A stretch of 38,507 nt of DNA from a virus (IMGVR_UViG_3300017780_002882:1-38507); one strand, 5' to 3'; shown: positions 8,775 through 17,413, counted from the stretch's first letter. Made by a program: numbers and translations. Notes: generated by a model not told the origin, from the letters alone.

Positions 8775-8870
8775 GTCTTGTTGTATTTCTGATTAGAAAT
8801 AGAATTTAATTGTTTTTTGTTGTTTGTATGTGTATATTTAATTTTTATCTAAACGACTTGGAGTGATGAA

Positions 8871-9575
8871 ATGGAGCAATTGACATTAACTGGTTTGGAA
8901 TTGAGTGTATTGGATAGGTGTAAAGTTGTTTTTTCTGATATCGAGTCGCTTTGCACTGACGATAAAGTTGCGCTTATAAATGAAATTCGACTTGCGTTGC
9001 GTGAATACTCGCCATTTAAAGAAGAACCGGTTGATTGCGTTCAATGGGTGAAAAACACAGACGTCCATGCCAACGACTACAATCCAAACAGCGTAGCGCC
9101 ACCAGAAATGAAGCTGCTTGAGCATTCAATTATGTGTGATGGGTACACGCAGCCAATTGTTACTTGGCCAAATAACGGAATCGAGGTTATTGATGGGTTC
9201 CACCGTCACAGAGTAGGCAAAGAGTCTGAGGCTGTAAATACTCGCGTACACGGATATTTGCCTGTGGTGATTATCAAGCCAAGCCAGCAAGACAAAAACG
9301 ACCGCATGGCATCAACAATTCGCCACAATCGAGCGCGTGGAAAGCATAAAGTAGAGGCAATGTCGGATATTGTTGTTGAGCTAAAGCGGCGCTTTTGGTC
9401 GGACGAAAAAATTTCAAAAGAATTAGGCATGGAGCCTGATGAAGTTTTGAGATTGCAGCAAGTTGCTGGGCTAGCGGCGATATTTGAGGATCGTGAATTT
9501 TCAGAAGCTTGGGAAGCGGAGTCGTTTAAAGATATTTCAAGCGATGATCAGGAATTAATCCATGAAGAAAATTAA
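8871..9575 (+). CDS. ibrB: ParB/Srx-domain protein, IbrB/YbdM-like
   Basis: ANDYNPNSVAPPEM, GYTQPIV, IDGFHR, STIRHNRARGKH; own promoter TTGTTT-N17-TATATT (8810-8838). Confidence 0.9.
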   Translation: MEQLTLTGLELSVLDRCKVVFSDIESLCTDDKVALINEIRLALREYSPFKEEPVDCVQWVKNTDVHANDYNPNSVAPPEMKLLEHSIMCDGYTQPIVTWPNNGIEVIDGFHRHRVGKESEAVNTRVHGYLPVVIIKPSQQDKNDRMASTIRHNRARGKHKVEAMSDIVVELKRRFWSDEKISKELGMEPDEVLRLQQVAGLAAIFEDREFSEAWEAESFKDISSDDQELIHEEN

Positions 9576-9954
9576 GCGCGTATTTCATCACTATCAAAAA
9601 TGTGAAGAATATCGTTCAGACATGTGGAAGGCTATACCTATTGAACAGAGAAAAGACAAGCAAGAGTATTCAAAAAACCTAATGATTGAGGACGATGCTT
9701 TTTTTGACGCTTGCATGCTGGTTATTGAGGCGTGGCCTTATTCGTGCGAGGCTGCATTAACAGCATCAACAATGAATCATCAAGCATGGATTGGTCACGC
9801 AGCTTGCGCATATAACCACGGAGCACCTGAGGACATTACAAGGCTAGCATGGCGTGAATTGAGCGAGGAGCAGCAGGACTTGGCAAATGCAGCGGCCGAT
9901 AAAGCTATTTTTATTTGGAAAGAAAATTATTTGAAGAGGTTTAATCGTGCCTAA
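9562..9954 (+). CDS. Hypothetical protein between the ParB-like and PAPS-reductase genes
   Basis: Overlaps both neighbours; Trp/Cys/His-rich (WPYSCE, NHQAWIGHAAC). Confidence 0.8.
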   Translation: MKKIKRVFHHYQKCEEYRSDMWKAIPIEQRKDKQEYSKNLMIEDDAFFDACMLVIEAWPYSCEAALTASTMNHQAWIGHAACAYNHGAPEDITRLAWRELSEEQQDLANAAADKAIFIWKENYLKRFNRA

Positions 9955-11161
9955 ACGCGGACTTGGAATTGATGTTTTAACAGCAGCAAGACAGCGCATT
10001 GAATGGACTTTCGATAGGTTCGAGCGGATTTACATTAGTTTTTCTGGTGGCAAAGATTCAGCTGTAATGCTTCACTTGGTTATGGACGAAGCAAAGAAGA
10101 GAAATAAAAAAATTGGGTGCTTGTTTATTGATTGGGAGTGTCAAATTGGCTTGACTATTGAATTTACCAAACAAATGTTTGATGAATACTCTGAATGGAT
10201 TGAGCCATATTGGGTAGCATTGCCAATGAAAACATGGAACGCAACAAGCCAGTTCGAGCCAGAGTGGACAGCATGGGATTCAAACAAAAAAGACTTGTGG
10301 GTTCGTCAGCCTGATGAGATTAGCATTACAGACGGCTCTGTTTTTCCGTTTTACTACGAAGGGATGCCGTTTGAAGAATTTGTTCCTGCGTTTGGCGAGT
10401 GGTTCGCGCAAGATAAAGAGTGTGGTGCATTTATTGGCATTCGTGCTGACGAGAGTCTTAATCGGTTTAGAACAATTGCGCGTGATAAGCCGATGATGGA
10501 TGGTAAGCCGTGGACAACAAAAGTAATCGCTGCATGCTGGAATGTTTACCCAATTTATGACTGGGCTACGAAAGATATTTGGACTTACTTCTCTAAAGAG
10601 CAGAAATCGTACAACAAACTTTATGATCGAATGTATCAGGCAGGAATTAAGCTGTCGCAAATGCGAATTTGTGAGCCGTTCGGCGACGAGGCTAGAAAGG
10701 GGTTGTGGCTATATCAGGTTGTAGAGCCTGCAATGTGGGCAAAGGTATGCTTGCGTGTCGCTGGTGCAAACACTGGGGCGTTATATTCCGATGAAAAAGG
10801 AGCAATCCTTGGTAATCACAAGATATCGCTGCCAGAAGGCCATACTTATGAGTCGTTTGCAAATCACTTGCTAACTACAATGCCAACACCAACCGCCAAC
10901 CACTATAAAAACAAATTGGCTGTTTATCTAAAGTGGTGGTCTAAGCGCGGCTATGAAGAAGGAATTCCAGACAAGGCCGAGGCTAGATTAGAGAGTTACG
11001 GTAAAGTTCCGAGCTGGCGCAAGGTTTGCAAGACCATTTTGCGAAATGACTATTGGTGCAAGGGTCTTGGGTTTTCACCAACAAAAACACAGGCATATCA
11101 GAAGTATTGCGAGCTAATGAAAAAAAGACGTGAAGAGTGGGGGATATACAAAGAGGCGTAA
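9947..11161 (+). CDS. ibrA: PAPS-reductase/PP-loop protein, IbrA/YbdN (DUF3440)-like
   Basis: SFSGGKDS PP-loop, GIRADES, YPIYDW, MRICEPF, CKTILRNDYWCKGLGF. Confidence 0.92.
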   Translation: MPKRGLGIDVLTAARQRIEWTFDRFERIYISFSGGKDSAVMLHLVMDEAKKRNKKIGCLFIDWECQIGLTIEFTKQMFDEYSEWIEPYWVALPMKTWNATSQFEPEWTAWDSNKKDLWVRQPDEISITDGSVFPFYYEGMPFEEFVPAFGEWFAQDKECGAFIGIRADESLNRFRTIARDKPMMDGKPWTTKVIAACWNVYPIYDWATKDIWTYFSKEQKSYNKLYDRMYQAGIKLSQMRICEPFGDEARKGLWLYQVVEPAMWAKVCLRVAGANTGALYSDEKGAILGNHKISLPEGHTYESFANHLLTTMPTPTANHYKNKLAVYLKWWSKRGYEEGIPDKAEARLESYGKVPSWRKVCKTILRNDYWCKGLGFSPTKTQAYQKYCELMKKRREEWGIYKEA

Positions 11162-11248
11162 TAACTGTCTCATTTCCGTAGCGCAATAAATAAATGTTGC
11201 GCTGTTGTTTCCTTTGCGCTATATTGAACTCATCGAAACGAGGGGCTT

Positions 11249-11617
11249 ATGAAATACATTTTCGATCTACCATACCCAATATCAGTAAATCTAATGTGGC
11301 GAAAGTACAACAATGTAATGGTGCTTAACGAAAAAGGGAGAAAGTGGAAAGAGCAATGCGCTGTACTGGCCAAGCAGCAAGGCGTAGCGGTCATTGATGG
11401 TGAGGTTCAGGTAAGCGTGATACTCCGGCCAAAGCTCACAAAGAAAGGCGTGGCGAGCAAGACGGTCATCGATCTAGATAATCTGTGCAAGTGCCTTGAT
11501 GGGCTAAACGGCGTTGCCTATACCGATGACAAAATGATTAAGCGCTGGGTGTTGGAATATGGTGCGCCGTGCGTTGACGGCGGAATGACGATTAAAGTTG
11601 AAACTTTTGGAGATTGA
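11249..11617 (+). CDS. rusA: RusA-family Holliday junction resolvase
   Basis: LPYPISVN..WR, DLDNLCK..DGL.G..Y.DD. Confidence 0.9.
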   Translation: MKYIFDLPYPISVNLMWRKYNNVMVLNEKGRKWKEQCAVLAKQQGVAVIDGEVQVSVILRPKLTKKGVASKTVIDLDNLCKCLDGLNGVAYTDDKMIKRWVLEYGAPCVDGGMTIKVETFGD

Positions 11618-11620
11618 GAA

Positions 11621-11788
11621 ATGAGCGAACCAATTGGAATCGGCGGGATAGGCAACTACTACGGCGGTCTAAATGTTAAAGAAGAAGATGGCAAGTTTTA
11701 CTGGTCAATCGAAAATTGGAACGGCTTTCATTGGGAAGAAATCCCGTCTTATCTTTACGAAGCACTAATTAAATATGACGGGGAATAA
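11621..11788 (+). CDS. 55-aa hypothetical protein
   Basis: MSEPIGIGGIGNYYGGLNVKEEDGKFYWSIENW...; fills the operon gap; not in ORF track. Confidence 0.7.
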   Translation: MSEPIGIGGIGNYYGGLNVKEEDGKFYWSIENWNGFHWEEIPSYLYEALIKYDGE

Positions 11789-11789
11789 A

Positions 11790-12035
11790 ATGACAGCAAG
11801 AAACGAAAAACCAAGCGACCACGACTCTAGCACTGATGCGATTATTGCAGCGTTGGGGATTGTGGCTAATTTGCTTGGCGACGGAATCGAATCGTATGCA
11901 GTACAAGAAGCCGCATTACGTCTCGACAAGCTAGAGAAAGAGATCGAGTTCATGAAGTCGCCAGAATACCTTGCTGGCCGATGGGAAATTGCAGATAAAT
12001 CAACGAATGACGACGGTAGCGTGGTGATAAAATGA
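11790..12035 (+). CDS. Hypothetical protein
   Basis: ORF track; start moved to the second ATG. Confidence 0.65.
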   Translation: MTARNEKPSDHDSSTDAIIAALGIVANLLGDGIESYAVQEAALRLDKLEKEIEFMKSPEYLAGRWEIADKSTNDDGSVVIK

Positions 12036-12901
12036 GCGCAAACGAAAAACAAGTAGGCGGTGAGCACTACAAGAAGATGAAAATCCAAGTTTGGGATGTA
12101 ATCGACACATGGCCTATTGAGCAGCAAATAGGATTTTACCGTGGGAACGTGCTGAAATACACCATGCGCATGGGCCTAAAAGACATTGCGGTTGGTGAAG
12201 TTGGTAAGGCGCAGCACTACGCGCAAAAGCTGCTGGAAGTGCTGGCAGAGGCAGAAAACCATGGCGAGGATGAGCCAGAAAAGACAGTCCTACATATTGA
12301 TATGACTTCTTCTGATGATTTTGATGAAAAATTCAAAGTAGTTGATTGTGGATCTGCAAATTTTACAAAGCGCCCCGAGTCGTCGAAACTTGGCAACGCT
12401 TCTAACGTAATTCGCCCCGCTGCTGAAATTCCGCATGTTGAAAGTGTCAAGCAATGGACTGAGGACAAAGAGCTGCCATCGAGCGGCATTTATGACGACA
12501 AGGGATATACGCAAGAAGATATGGCGGCGGCTGATGTTGGTTTGTGGGTTGAGCACGTTGGCTTTGAAATTCCGCAAACGCTAAATAAGGAAAGACTGAT
12601 TTTAGTAAAGTCAAAAGACAATTACGATTACGGGGAGTTACATTGCAATAATGTTCGATGGGACTATCCTGCAAATAGTATATTCAGGGTTACGCACTGG
12701 AAATATGCAGAGGCGAACAGTCAGTGCGATGCTGACGAGTGGATTGAGCATGTCGGCGATGTGTGTCCCGTCGATGGTCATCGAATGGTTTTTGTTAAGG
12801 GCGAGCAATGGGAGGGTCCTGTCTCAAGATCGGCATATAAGTTTAGCTGGGGAAAATATTTTGTTAGTACAGATATAACCCATTGGAAATATGCAGATTA
12901 A
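12032..12901 (+). CDS. DUF3310-domain protein with two C-terminal W.EH.G...THWKYA repeats
   Basis: QVGGEHYK...GFYRGNVLKY..R.G.K...KA.HY N-terminal domain; duplicated C-terminal module. Confidence 0.8.
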   Translation: MSANEKQVGGEHYKKMKIQVWDVIDTWPIEQQIGFYRGNVLKYTMRMGLKDIAVGEVGKAQHYAQKLLEVLAEAENHGEDEPEKTVLHIDMTSSDDFDEKFKVVDCGSANFTKRPESSKLGNASNVIRPAAEIPHVESVKQWTEDKELPSSGIYDDKGYTQEDMAAADVGLWVEHVGFEIPQTLNKERLILVKSKDNYDYGELHCNNVRWDYPANSIFRVTHWKYAEANSQCDADEWIEHVGDVCPVDGHRMVFVKGEQWEGPVSRSAYKFSWGKYFVSTDITHWKYAD

Positions 12902-12998
12902 GCTTGCATAAAACTATACATCAGACTAAGATGCAGTCATAAGGCAGTGATTAACAAGTATTGTTTTACATTGTTTTCATAAAATCACAATAATTTAT

Positions 12999-13370
12999 GA
13001 TCGAATGAACCGAGAAAGGCTTGTTGATGTGGTTTAGTCTCGGTACTCCTAGAATTTTCGCCTAGCTAGCGGCTTCATTGTGAATAGCTCGATTTGCTGG
13101 CGTAAGCGGCAATCAACATTGAAGCGTTTTTTCTTGGTGAAGTGCTATACGTGTTAAGGGTTCGATTCCCATTTAAGATTAATTTCTTATGCGTGGTGCA
13201 TACGTTGTGTAGGTGGTTCGATTCCACAAAGAACGTTTCAATGTTGGTTAGCCGTAAAGCGTTTTTCGCTTGGCAACAGTGTGAAGCGCAGTAGTAGGAT
13301 TGGCGGAGGTGCATCGAAACCATGAGACTCATAATCTGCGCGTGTGTCGGTATAGTGACACGACCAACAG
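12999..13370 (+). ncRNA. Candidate large structured ncRNA with two T-loop hairpins
   Basis: 26-bp G:U-containing stem 13107-13132/13228-13254; two GGTTCGATTCC; further hairpins; possible promoter TTGCAT-N17-TAAGAT at 12904-12932. Confidence 0.6.
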
Positions 13371-13373
13371 TAT

Positions 13374-13450
13374 GTGCGGGTAGCTCAATAGGTTAGAGCA
13401 GAGGATTCATAATCCTTTGGTTATCGGTTCGATTCCGTTTCCGCGTACCA
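13374..13450 (+). tRNA. tRNA with CAT anticodon (Ile2-like or Met)
   Basis: GTGCGGG-TA-GCTC..GAGC-A-GAGGA TTCATAA TCCTT..ATCGG TTCGATT CCGTT-TCCGCGT-A-CCA cloverleaf with encoded CCA. Confidence 0.9.
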
Positions 13451-13514
13451 TTTCTAAAGCGTCAGCAATCCATATGGTAATGGACGTTTTGGAAATGAAT
13501 ATTCAGGTGTTGCC

Positions 13515-13724
13515 ATGCAAATCAATGAGGAATGGTCGAGGCGTAAATTCTTAGAAGTGAATCGCGTATACTTGCGACTGACGCAGCAGGAATTGGCTGA
13601 TTTAGTCGGGTGCAAGTCGATAAGCATATCGTTTCAAGAGAACGGACGCAGACCAGTAAAGGATGAAGTAATCGAGGCGCTACGGGCAAAGGGTGAAACA
13701 CTAGAACCTTTGGCGCTCTTTTAA
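13515..13724 (+). CDS. XRE-family HTH regulator
   Basis: LTQQELADLVGC....IS..ENGRR. Confidence 0.88.
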   Translation: MQINEEWSRRKFLEVNRVYLRLTQQELADLVGCKSISISFQENGRRPVKDEVIEALRAKGETLEPLALF

Positions 13725-13765
13725 AGAAGTCGGCCATCCGGTCGGCGTAACAGTGAGGTAGTATC

Positions 13766-13849
13766 ATGGCAGGTGGTGGCGGTCGTACTCGTGAGCAAAA
13801 AGCTCCCCCAGTAGTTCCTATTGTTCCAGTAGTTCCAAAGAAGAAGTAA
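13766..13849 (+). CDS. 27-aa basic Gly/Pro-rich peptide
   Basis: MAGGGGRTREQKAPPVVPIVPVVPKKK; SD GAGGT; stop lies 2 nt before the next ATG. Confidence 0.65.
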   Translation: MAGGGGRTREQKAPPVVPIVPVVPKKK

Positions 13850-13851
13850 TC

Positions 13852-14298
13852 ATGCTCAGCGCCGTATTCATTCTATTTGCATTCTTCTTGAAAGCAGATC
13901 GTCGTGATGCGGCGCTTTTGCTTGGTGCGTGCAATCTCGCGTTTTACTTTGTCGCTGACTACATCGTGAGCGATTTCAACTATTACATGATAGCTTCGCT
14001 GGCTGATGCAGCTATGGCTTACGTGCTGGCTTCGTTCAGAACATTGACGAGCATCAGACTTGCTTATTTAAGCCTTGCTAGTTGCGTAGTAAACGGGCTT
14101 GGTTACTTGCTTTATTTGTCGTATTCATCACCTTTAGCTTATACTGTGAGCATTAATATCATATTGGTGGCTCAAATGTCGGTACTGTTAGGGGCGGGTC
14201 TACGCAATGGAAATAACAATAAACGCAATAACGATGATTGTCTGGGTAGTCGCAGCGGCTTATTGGTTGCACATAAAGATCATGAGGTGCAATCATGA
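13852..14298 (+). CDS. Multi-pass membrane protein
   Basis: About four hydrophobic segments and a polar C-terminal tail. Confidence 0.75.
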   Translation: MLSAVFILFAFFLKADRRDAALLLGACNLAFYFVADYIVSDFNYYMIASLADAAMAYVLASFRTLTSIRLAYLSLASCVVNGLGYLLYLSYSSPLAYTVSINIILVAQMSVLLGAGLRNGNNNKRNNDDCLGSRSGLLVAHKDHEVQS

Positions 14299-14564
14299 GC
14301 GAAAGCGCAAGCAACGCCTCGGAGCTATTCGCAGCCGCATTAAACCAGCCAAAGGTAACGGCGACGATTAGTGCGTTAGTAACGTCGATTGGGTTTAGTA
14401 ATATCAACATGATGATCGGGGTAGCTAGTGCCATCGTCGGGCTGTTCATTGGTCTATTTACAATATTTCGCATGTGGCAATCTTCGCAAATTGCAATACG
14501 CGAGTTGCGGATTAAGGATCTAGAATTGTTAATGTTGGAAAGAAAAGATAATTCAGAGCAATAA
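14295..14564 (+). CDS. Holin-like membrane protein
   Basis: 1-2 TM segments and a charged C-terminus; ATGA-coupled; upstream of the terminases. Confidence 0.55.
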   Translation: MSESASNASELFAAALNQPKVTATISALVTSIGFSNINMMIGVASAIVGLFIGLFTIFRMWQSSQIAIRELRIKDLELLMLERKDNSEQ

Positions 14565-14661
14565 AACTATGAAATTAGCCAGAAAACGCCCTGTCATTTG
14601 ATGGGGTATTTTTTTGTATGATAAAATACATATAACTAAAAAAAGACTAAAGGTGAATATT

Positions 14662-15114
14662 TTGAAGGTACGGGAATATAACTTTTCAGAAGATAAGCAA
14701 CCTGACCCAGAAGCGAGAAAGCCGCGAGGCACTGGTTGGCGCAAGAAGATCCTCGCAGAGCTAGAGGCGCAAGGTAAGACAGAAGAGGATTTTATTCGTC
14801 ACTGTCTCGCGCTCGCGTTCAAAGAGCAGCATCAACTACAGGGCAAGATGATTGAAACGATCATCAACCGACTCGCTCCGGTAGAGAAGTCAGTAATGCC
14901 AATGTTCGCGGTAAAGTTCGCTAATGGCTCTACGCCTGCGGATAAGATCGACTCACTGATCGAGGCCGTAGCAGCAGAGGAGATACCGGCAGACGTTGCG
15001 GGAATGCTGGTAAACATGATTAAGACTAGCATCGAAGTCCGCGAGACGACCGAACTCATGGAGCGCCTAGAGTTGCTAGAGGCTGCAATCGCAGATCAGA
15101 ACAAAGATGGGTAA
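14662..15114 (+). CDS. terS: Terminase small subunit (putative)
   Basis: Overlaps terL; FSEDKQP...PRG and ELMERLELLE motifs; likely TTG start after AAGGTG. Confidence 0.7.
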   Translation: MKVREYNFSEDKQPDPEARKPRGTGWRKKILAELEAQGKTEEDFIRHCLALAFKEQHQLQGKMIETIINRLAPVEKSVMPMFAVKFANGSTPADKIDSLIEAVAAEEIPADVAGMLVNMIKTSIEVRETTELMERLELLEAAIADQNKDG

Positions 15115-16486
15115 ACGACTCAGTGACGCTAGGCTGGCCCTGTTAGAGGATCGCATCAATGGTGCGGTGACTGGCAAGAGTTCGGCCGTGTTCGGTATCT
15201 GCAATATGGATCAGGTCGTTATCAAGAAGATAATGGTATCAGCTAGTGGCGTGATTGAGACTGACGACGAGCCGACCATTCTGATGCCTGAGCGATTGGA
15301 AAAGTTGCTATACCCTAAGCGCACGAAGGTCGTGTTCGGTGGGCGTGGCAGTGCAAAGACTCGAACCGTCGTATCTATCCTGACTGAGTTCGCACGGTTC
15401 AAGACTGAGCGTGTGGCGTGTTTCCGCGAGATCATGGCGTCGATTAAGGATAGCTCGCATCAAGAGATTGCCGACGAGGTAGAGCGCAAAGGCTTATCCG
15501 GTGAGTTCCAAGTGCTTGAGCGTGAAATCAAAGTGCCGTTCACTAAGTCGCGCTTTAGCTTTGGCGGCCTGTATCGCAACATTACCAACGTAAAGGGGTT
15601 TGCGGGAGCTACAAGGTCATGGATTGACGAGGCGGAAAACGTCAGCAAAGATAGCTTAGACATTCTCGAACCAACGTTGCGCGGCAAGGGTTCTGAACTC
15701 TGGTATACATTTAATCCGAAAGAAGAAAACGATCCTATGTGGGCGACAATGGTTGCTCCGTATTGGGACAAGGCTGTAGATGGGATTTACGAGGATGACG
15801 ACACGCTGATTATTGAGTGCAACCACACTCACAATCCCTGGTTAACGCATGAGCTAATCATTACCAGGGACAAGATGAAGCGCGTGGACTATGACCGCTA
15901 TCTTTGGATTTGGGAGGGAAAGTTTAGGCAAAACAGCGATGTGAAGGTATTCAACAAGAAGTGGAGAGTCGCAGAGTTTACGCCCGATAAGTCGTGGGGC
16001 GATCCAATGTACGGCGCAGACTTCGGGTTCTCGCAAGACCCGTCCACTATCGTTCGAGTGTGGGTGAAAGATGATCGGCTTTATGTTGAATACGATGGAA
16101 GCAAGGTAGGCGTGGAATTGAACGACATGGCCGCGTTTTACGATACAGTGCCAGACGCGAGAAAGCACGCAATCCGCGCCGATTGCTCGCGTCCTGAGAC
16201 GATCAGCCACATCAAGGCGCATGGATTTAAGATTGTTGGCTGCGAGAAGTGGTCGGGCAGTGTTGAGGACGGTATCGAGCACATGCGGTCATACGAGGAA
16301 ATTATTATTCACCCGCGATGCAAGGCGGCTATCGATGAGTTTTCGCTGTACTCGTACAAGGTGAATAGGCAGACTGGCGACATTCTTGCTGATGTAATGG
16401 ATTGTAATAATCACGTCATCGACGCCATACGCTATGCTGTAGGCCCACTAATAAAGCGTAAAAAACAGTTCAAAGTATTCACATAA
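15107..16486 (+). CDS. terL: Terminase large subunit, PBSX family
   Basis: GGRGSAKT Walker A, WIDEAE Walker B, GADFGF..DP and NHVIDAIRY nuclease motifs. Confidence 0.96.
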   Translation: MGKRLSDARLALLEDRINGAVTGKSSAVFGICNMDQVVIKKIMVSASGVIETDDEPTILMPERLEKLLYPKRTKVVFGGRGSAKTRTVVSILTEFARFKTERVACFREIMASIKDSSHQEIADEVERKGLSGEFQVLEREIKVPFTKSRFSFGGLYRNITNVKGFAGATRSWIDEAENVSKDSLDILEPTLRGKGSELWYTFNPKEENDPMWATMVAPYWDKAVDGIYEDDDTLIIECNHTHNPWLTHELIITRDKMKRVDYDRYLWIWEGKFRQNSDVKVFNKKWRVAEFTPDKSWGDPMYGADFGFSQDPSTIVRVWVKDDRLYVEYDGSKVGVELNDMAAFYDTVPDARKHAIRADCSRPETISHIKAHGFKIVGCEKWSGSVEDGIEHMRSYEEIIIHPRCKAAIDEFSLYSYKVNRQTGDILADVMDCNNHVIDAIRYAVGPLIKRKKQFKVFT

Positions 16487-16515
16487 GAAAAACCCCCTTA
16501 ATCGGGGGTTCTTTT
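16487..16515. terminator. Bidirectional terminator between convergent terL and spanin genes
   Basis: AAAAACCCCC-TTAATC-GGGGGTTCTTTT. Confidence 0.85.
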
Positions 16516-16723
16516 ATTTAATCACCACAGCGCGGCACTTCTTGTATATGCCGACAATTTCAATCATCTTGAGCGTGGTTTGCTCGAAGCTATTGTCAAT
16601 TGGCGGCGTTAGCTTAGGGCAGGCAATCAGAGCAAGGTCACTCGAAGGCGGCTTCGATGTCGCGCATGCTGTCAGCAGGATGCACGCAGCTAGCAGAGCG
16701 ATACACTGGGCTTTCTTTAACAT
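16514..16723 (-). CDS. o-spanin (Rz1-like lipoprotein)
   Basis: Lipobox LLTAC, Pro-rich, paired Cys; overlaps the 3' end of the i-spanin in another frame. Confidence 0.8.
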   Translation of the reverse strand: MLKKAQCIALLAACILLTACATSKPPSSDLALIACPKLTPPIDNSFEQTTLKMIEIVGIYKKCRAVVIK

Positions 16724-16925
16724 TGGTCTGCACCTTGCGGTAAATGGTAGTGTTAGTGATTTCAATCGCAGCAATAGCGCTTGCTGCCGCCGTAGTAGCT
16801 GCTACTGTTGCGCGTTCTTCGATGCTCGACGCAATAGCAGCTTGCCCCTTCTGGAATTGACAGCCACCGATTGAGCCAGCAACGAGAGCAGCCGCGATCA
16901 GGATTAGTGCGATATTAATTGGCAT
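16638..16925 (-). CDS. i-spanin (Rz-like)
   Basis: N-terminal TM segment, Ala-rich helix, C-terminal PVY...C motif. Confidence 0.78.
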   Translation of the reverse strand: MPINIALILIAAALVAGSIGGCQFQKGQAAIASSIEERATVAATTAAASAIAAIEITNTTIYRKVQTNVKESPVYRSASCVHPADSMRDIEAAFE

Positions 16926-17190
16926 ACGCTTGCTTTACCCGTTTAATAAATTCAGACCAAGAGCTTACAAAGCAAAGACCTTTACAATCTAAGTTTGCAT
17001 AGTTCATTTGCTCAATCCTAATCAAGCAGCCTTTTGTGATGTTTGTTGCATAGTTTACCTCGCCGATGCGAACGAACAAGCCAAAGCATCCGAAGGTAAT
17101 CCCTTCTGCATTATGGCCTTTTGTTGCTACTGTGCAGCTCACAATATGGTCTGGCACTTTACGCCAAGGAGTTGAGATATAAATCTTCAT
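16915..17190 (-). CDS. Hypothetical protein inserted between holin and spanins
   Basis: ORF track; operon context. Confidence 0.6.
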   Translation of the reverse strand: MKIYISTPWRKVPDHIVSCTVATKGHNAEGITFGCFGLFVRIGEVNYATNITKGCLIRIEQMNYANLDCKGLCFVSSWSEFIKRVKQAYAN

Positions 17191-17191
17191 T

Positions 17192-17413
17192 TTATTTAGC
17201 CTTTTTGAATGAGACGATACGAAGCGCGATAATCAGCCACGGCAACCACTTGCCATAAGCAGGGTCAACGGGCATGTATTGCGCGATGATAGGTAGCTGC
17301 GAGTATGCAAAGTTGAGTATGTCGGTGTAGAACTCGTACGACACGCCAGCAACAACGCATACCCATACTGTTGATTTCTTATAGGCGTCGCGCCAATCGG
17401 GGATTAGTTTCAT
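17192..17413 (-). CDS. Holin (putative)
   Basis: MKLIPDWRDAYKKSTVW N-terminus, two TM segments, basic C-terminal tail; upstream of the spanins. Confidence 0.7.
   Translation of the reverse strand: MKLIPDWRDAYKKSTVWVCVVAGVSYEFYTDILNFAYSQLPIIAQYMPVDPAYGKWLPWLIIALRIVSFKKAK

Noticed and set aside
13075-13332. 85-aa minus-strand ORF
   Set aside because: No SD, antisense to the local transcription direction, and overlaps the structured RNA
13324-13337. Second tRNA(CAT) suggested by AGA-CTCATAA-TCT
   Set aside because: No D arm, T-loop consensus or acceptor stem with CCA around it; at most a relic inside the larger structured region
13402-13418. tRNA as a UGA suppressor (TCA within loop TTCATAA)
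   Set aside because: In the canonical 7-nt loop, positions 34-36 are CAT; TCA is off-register
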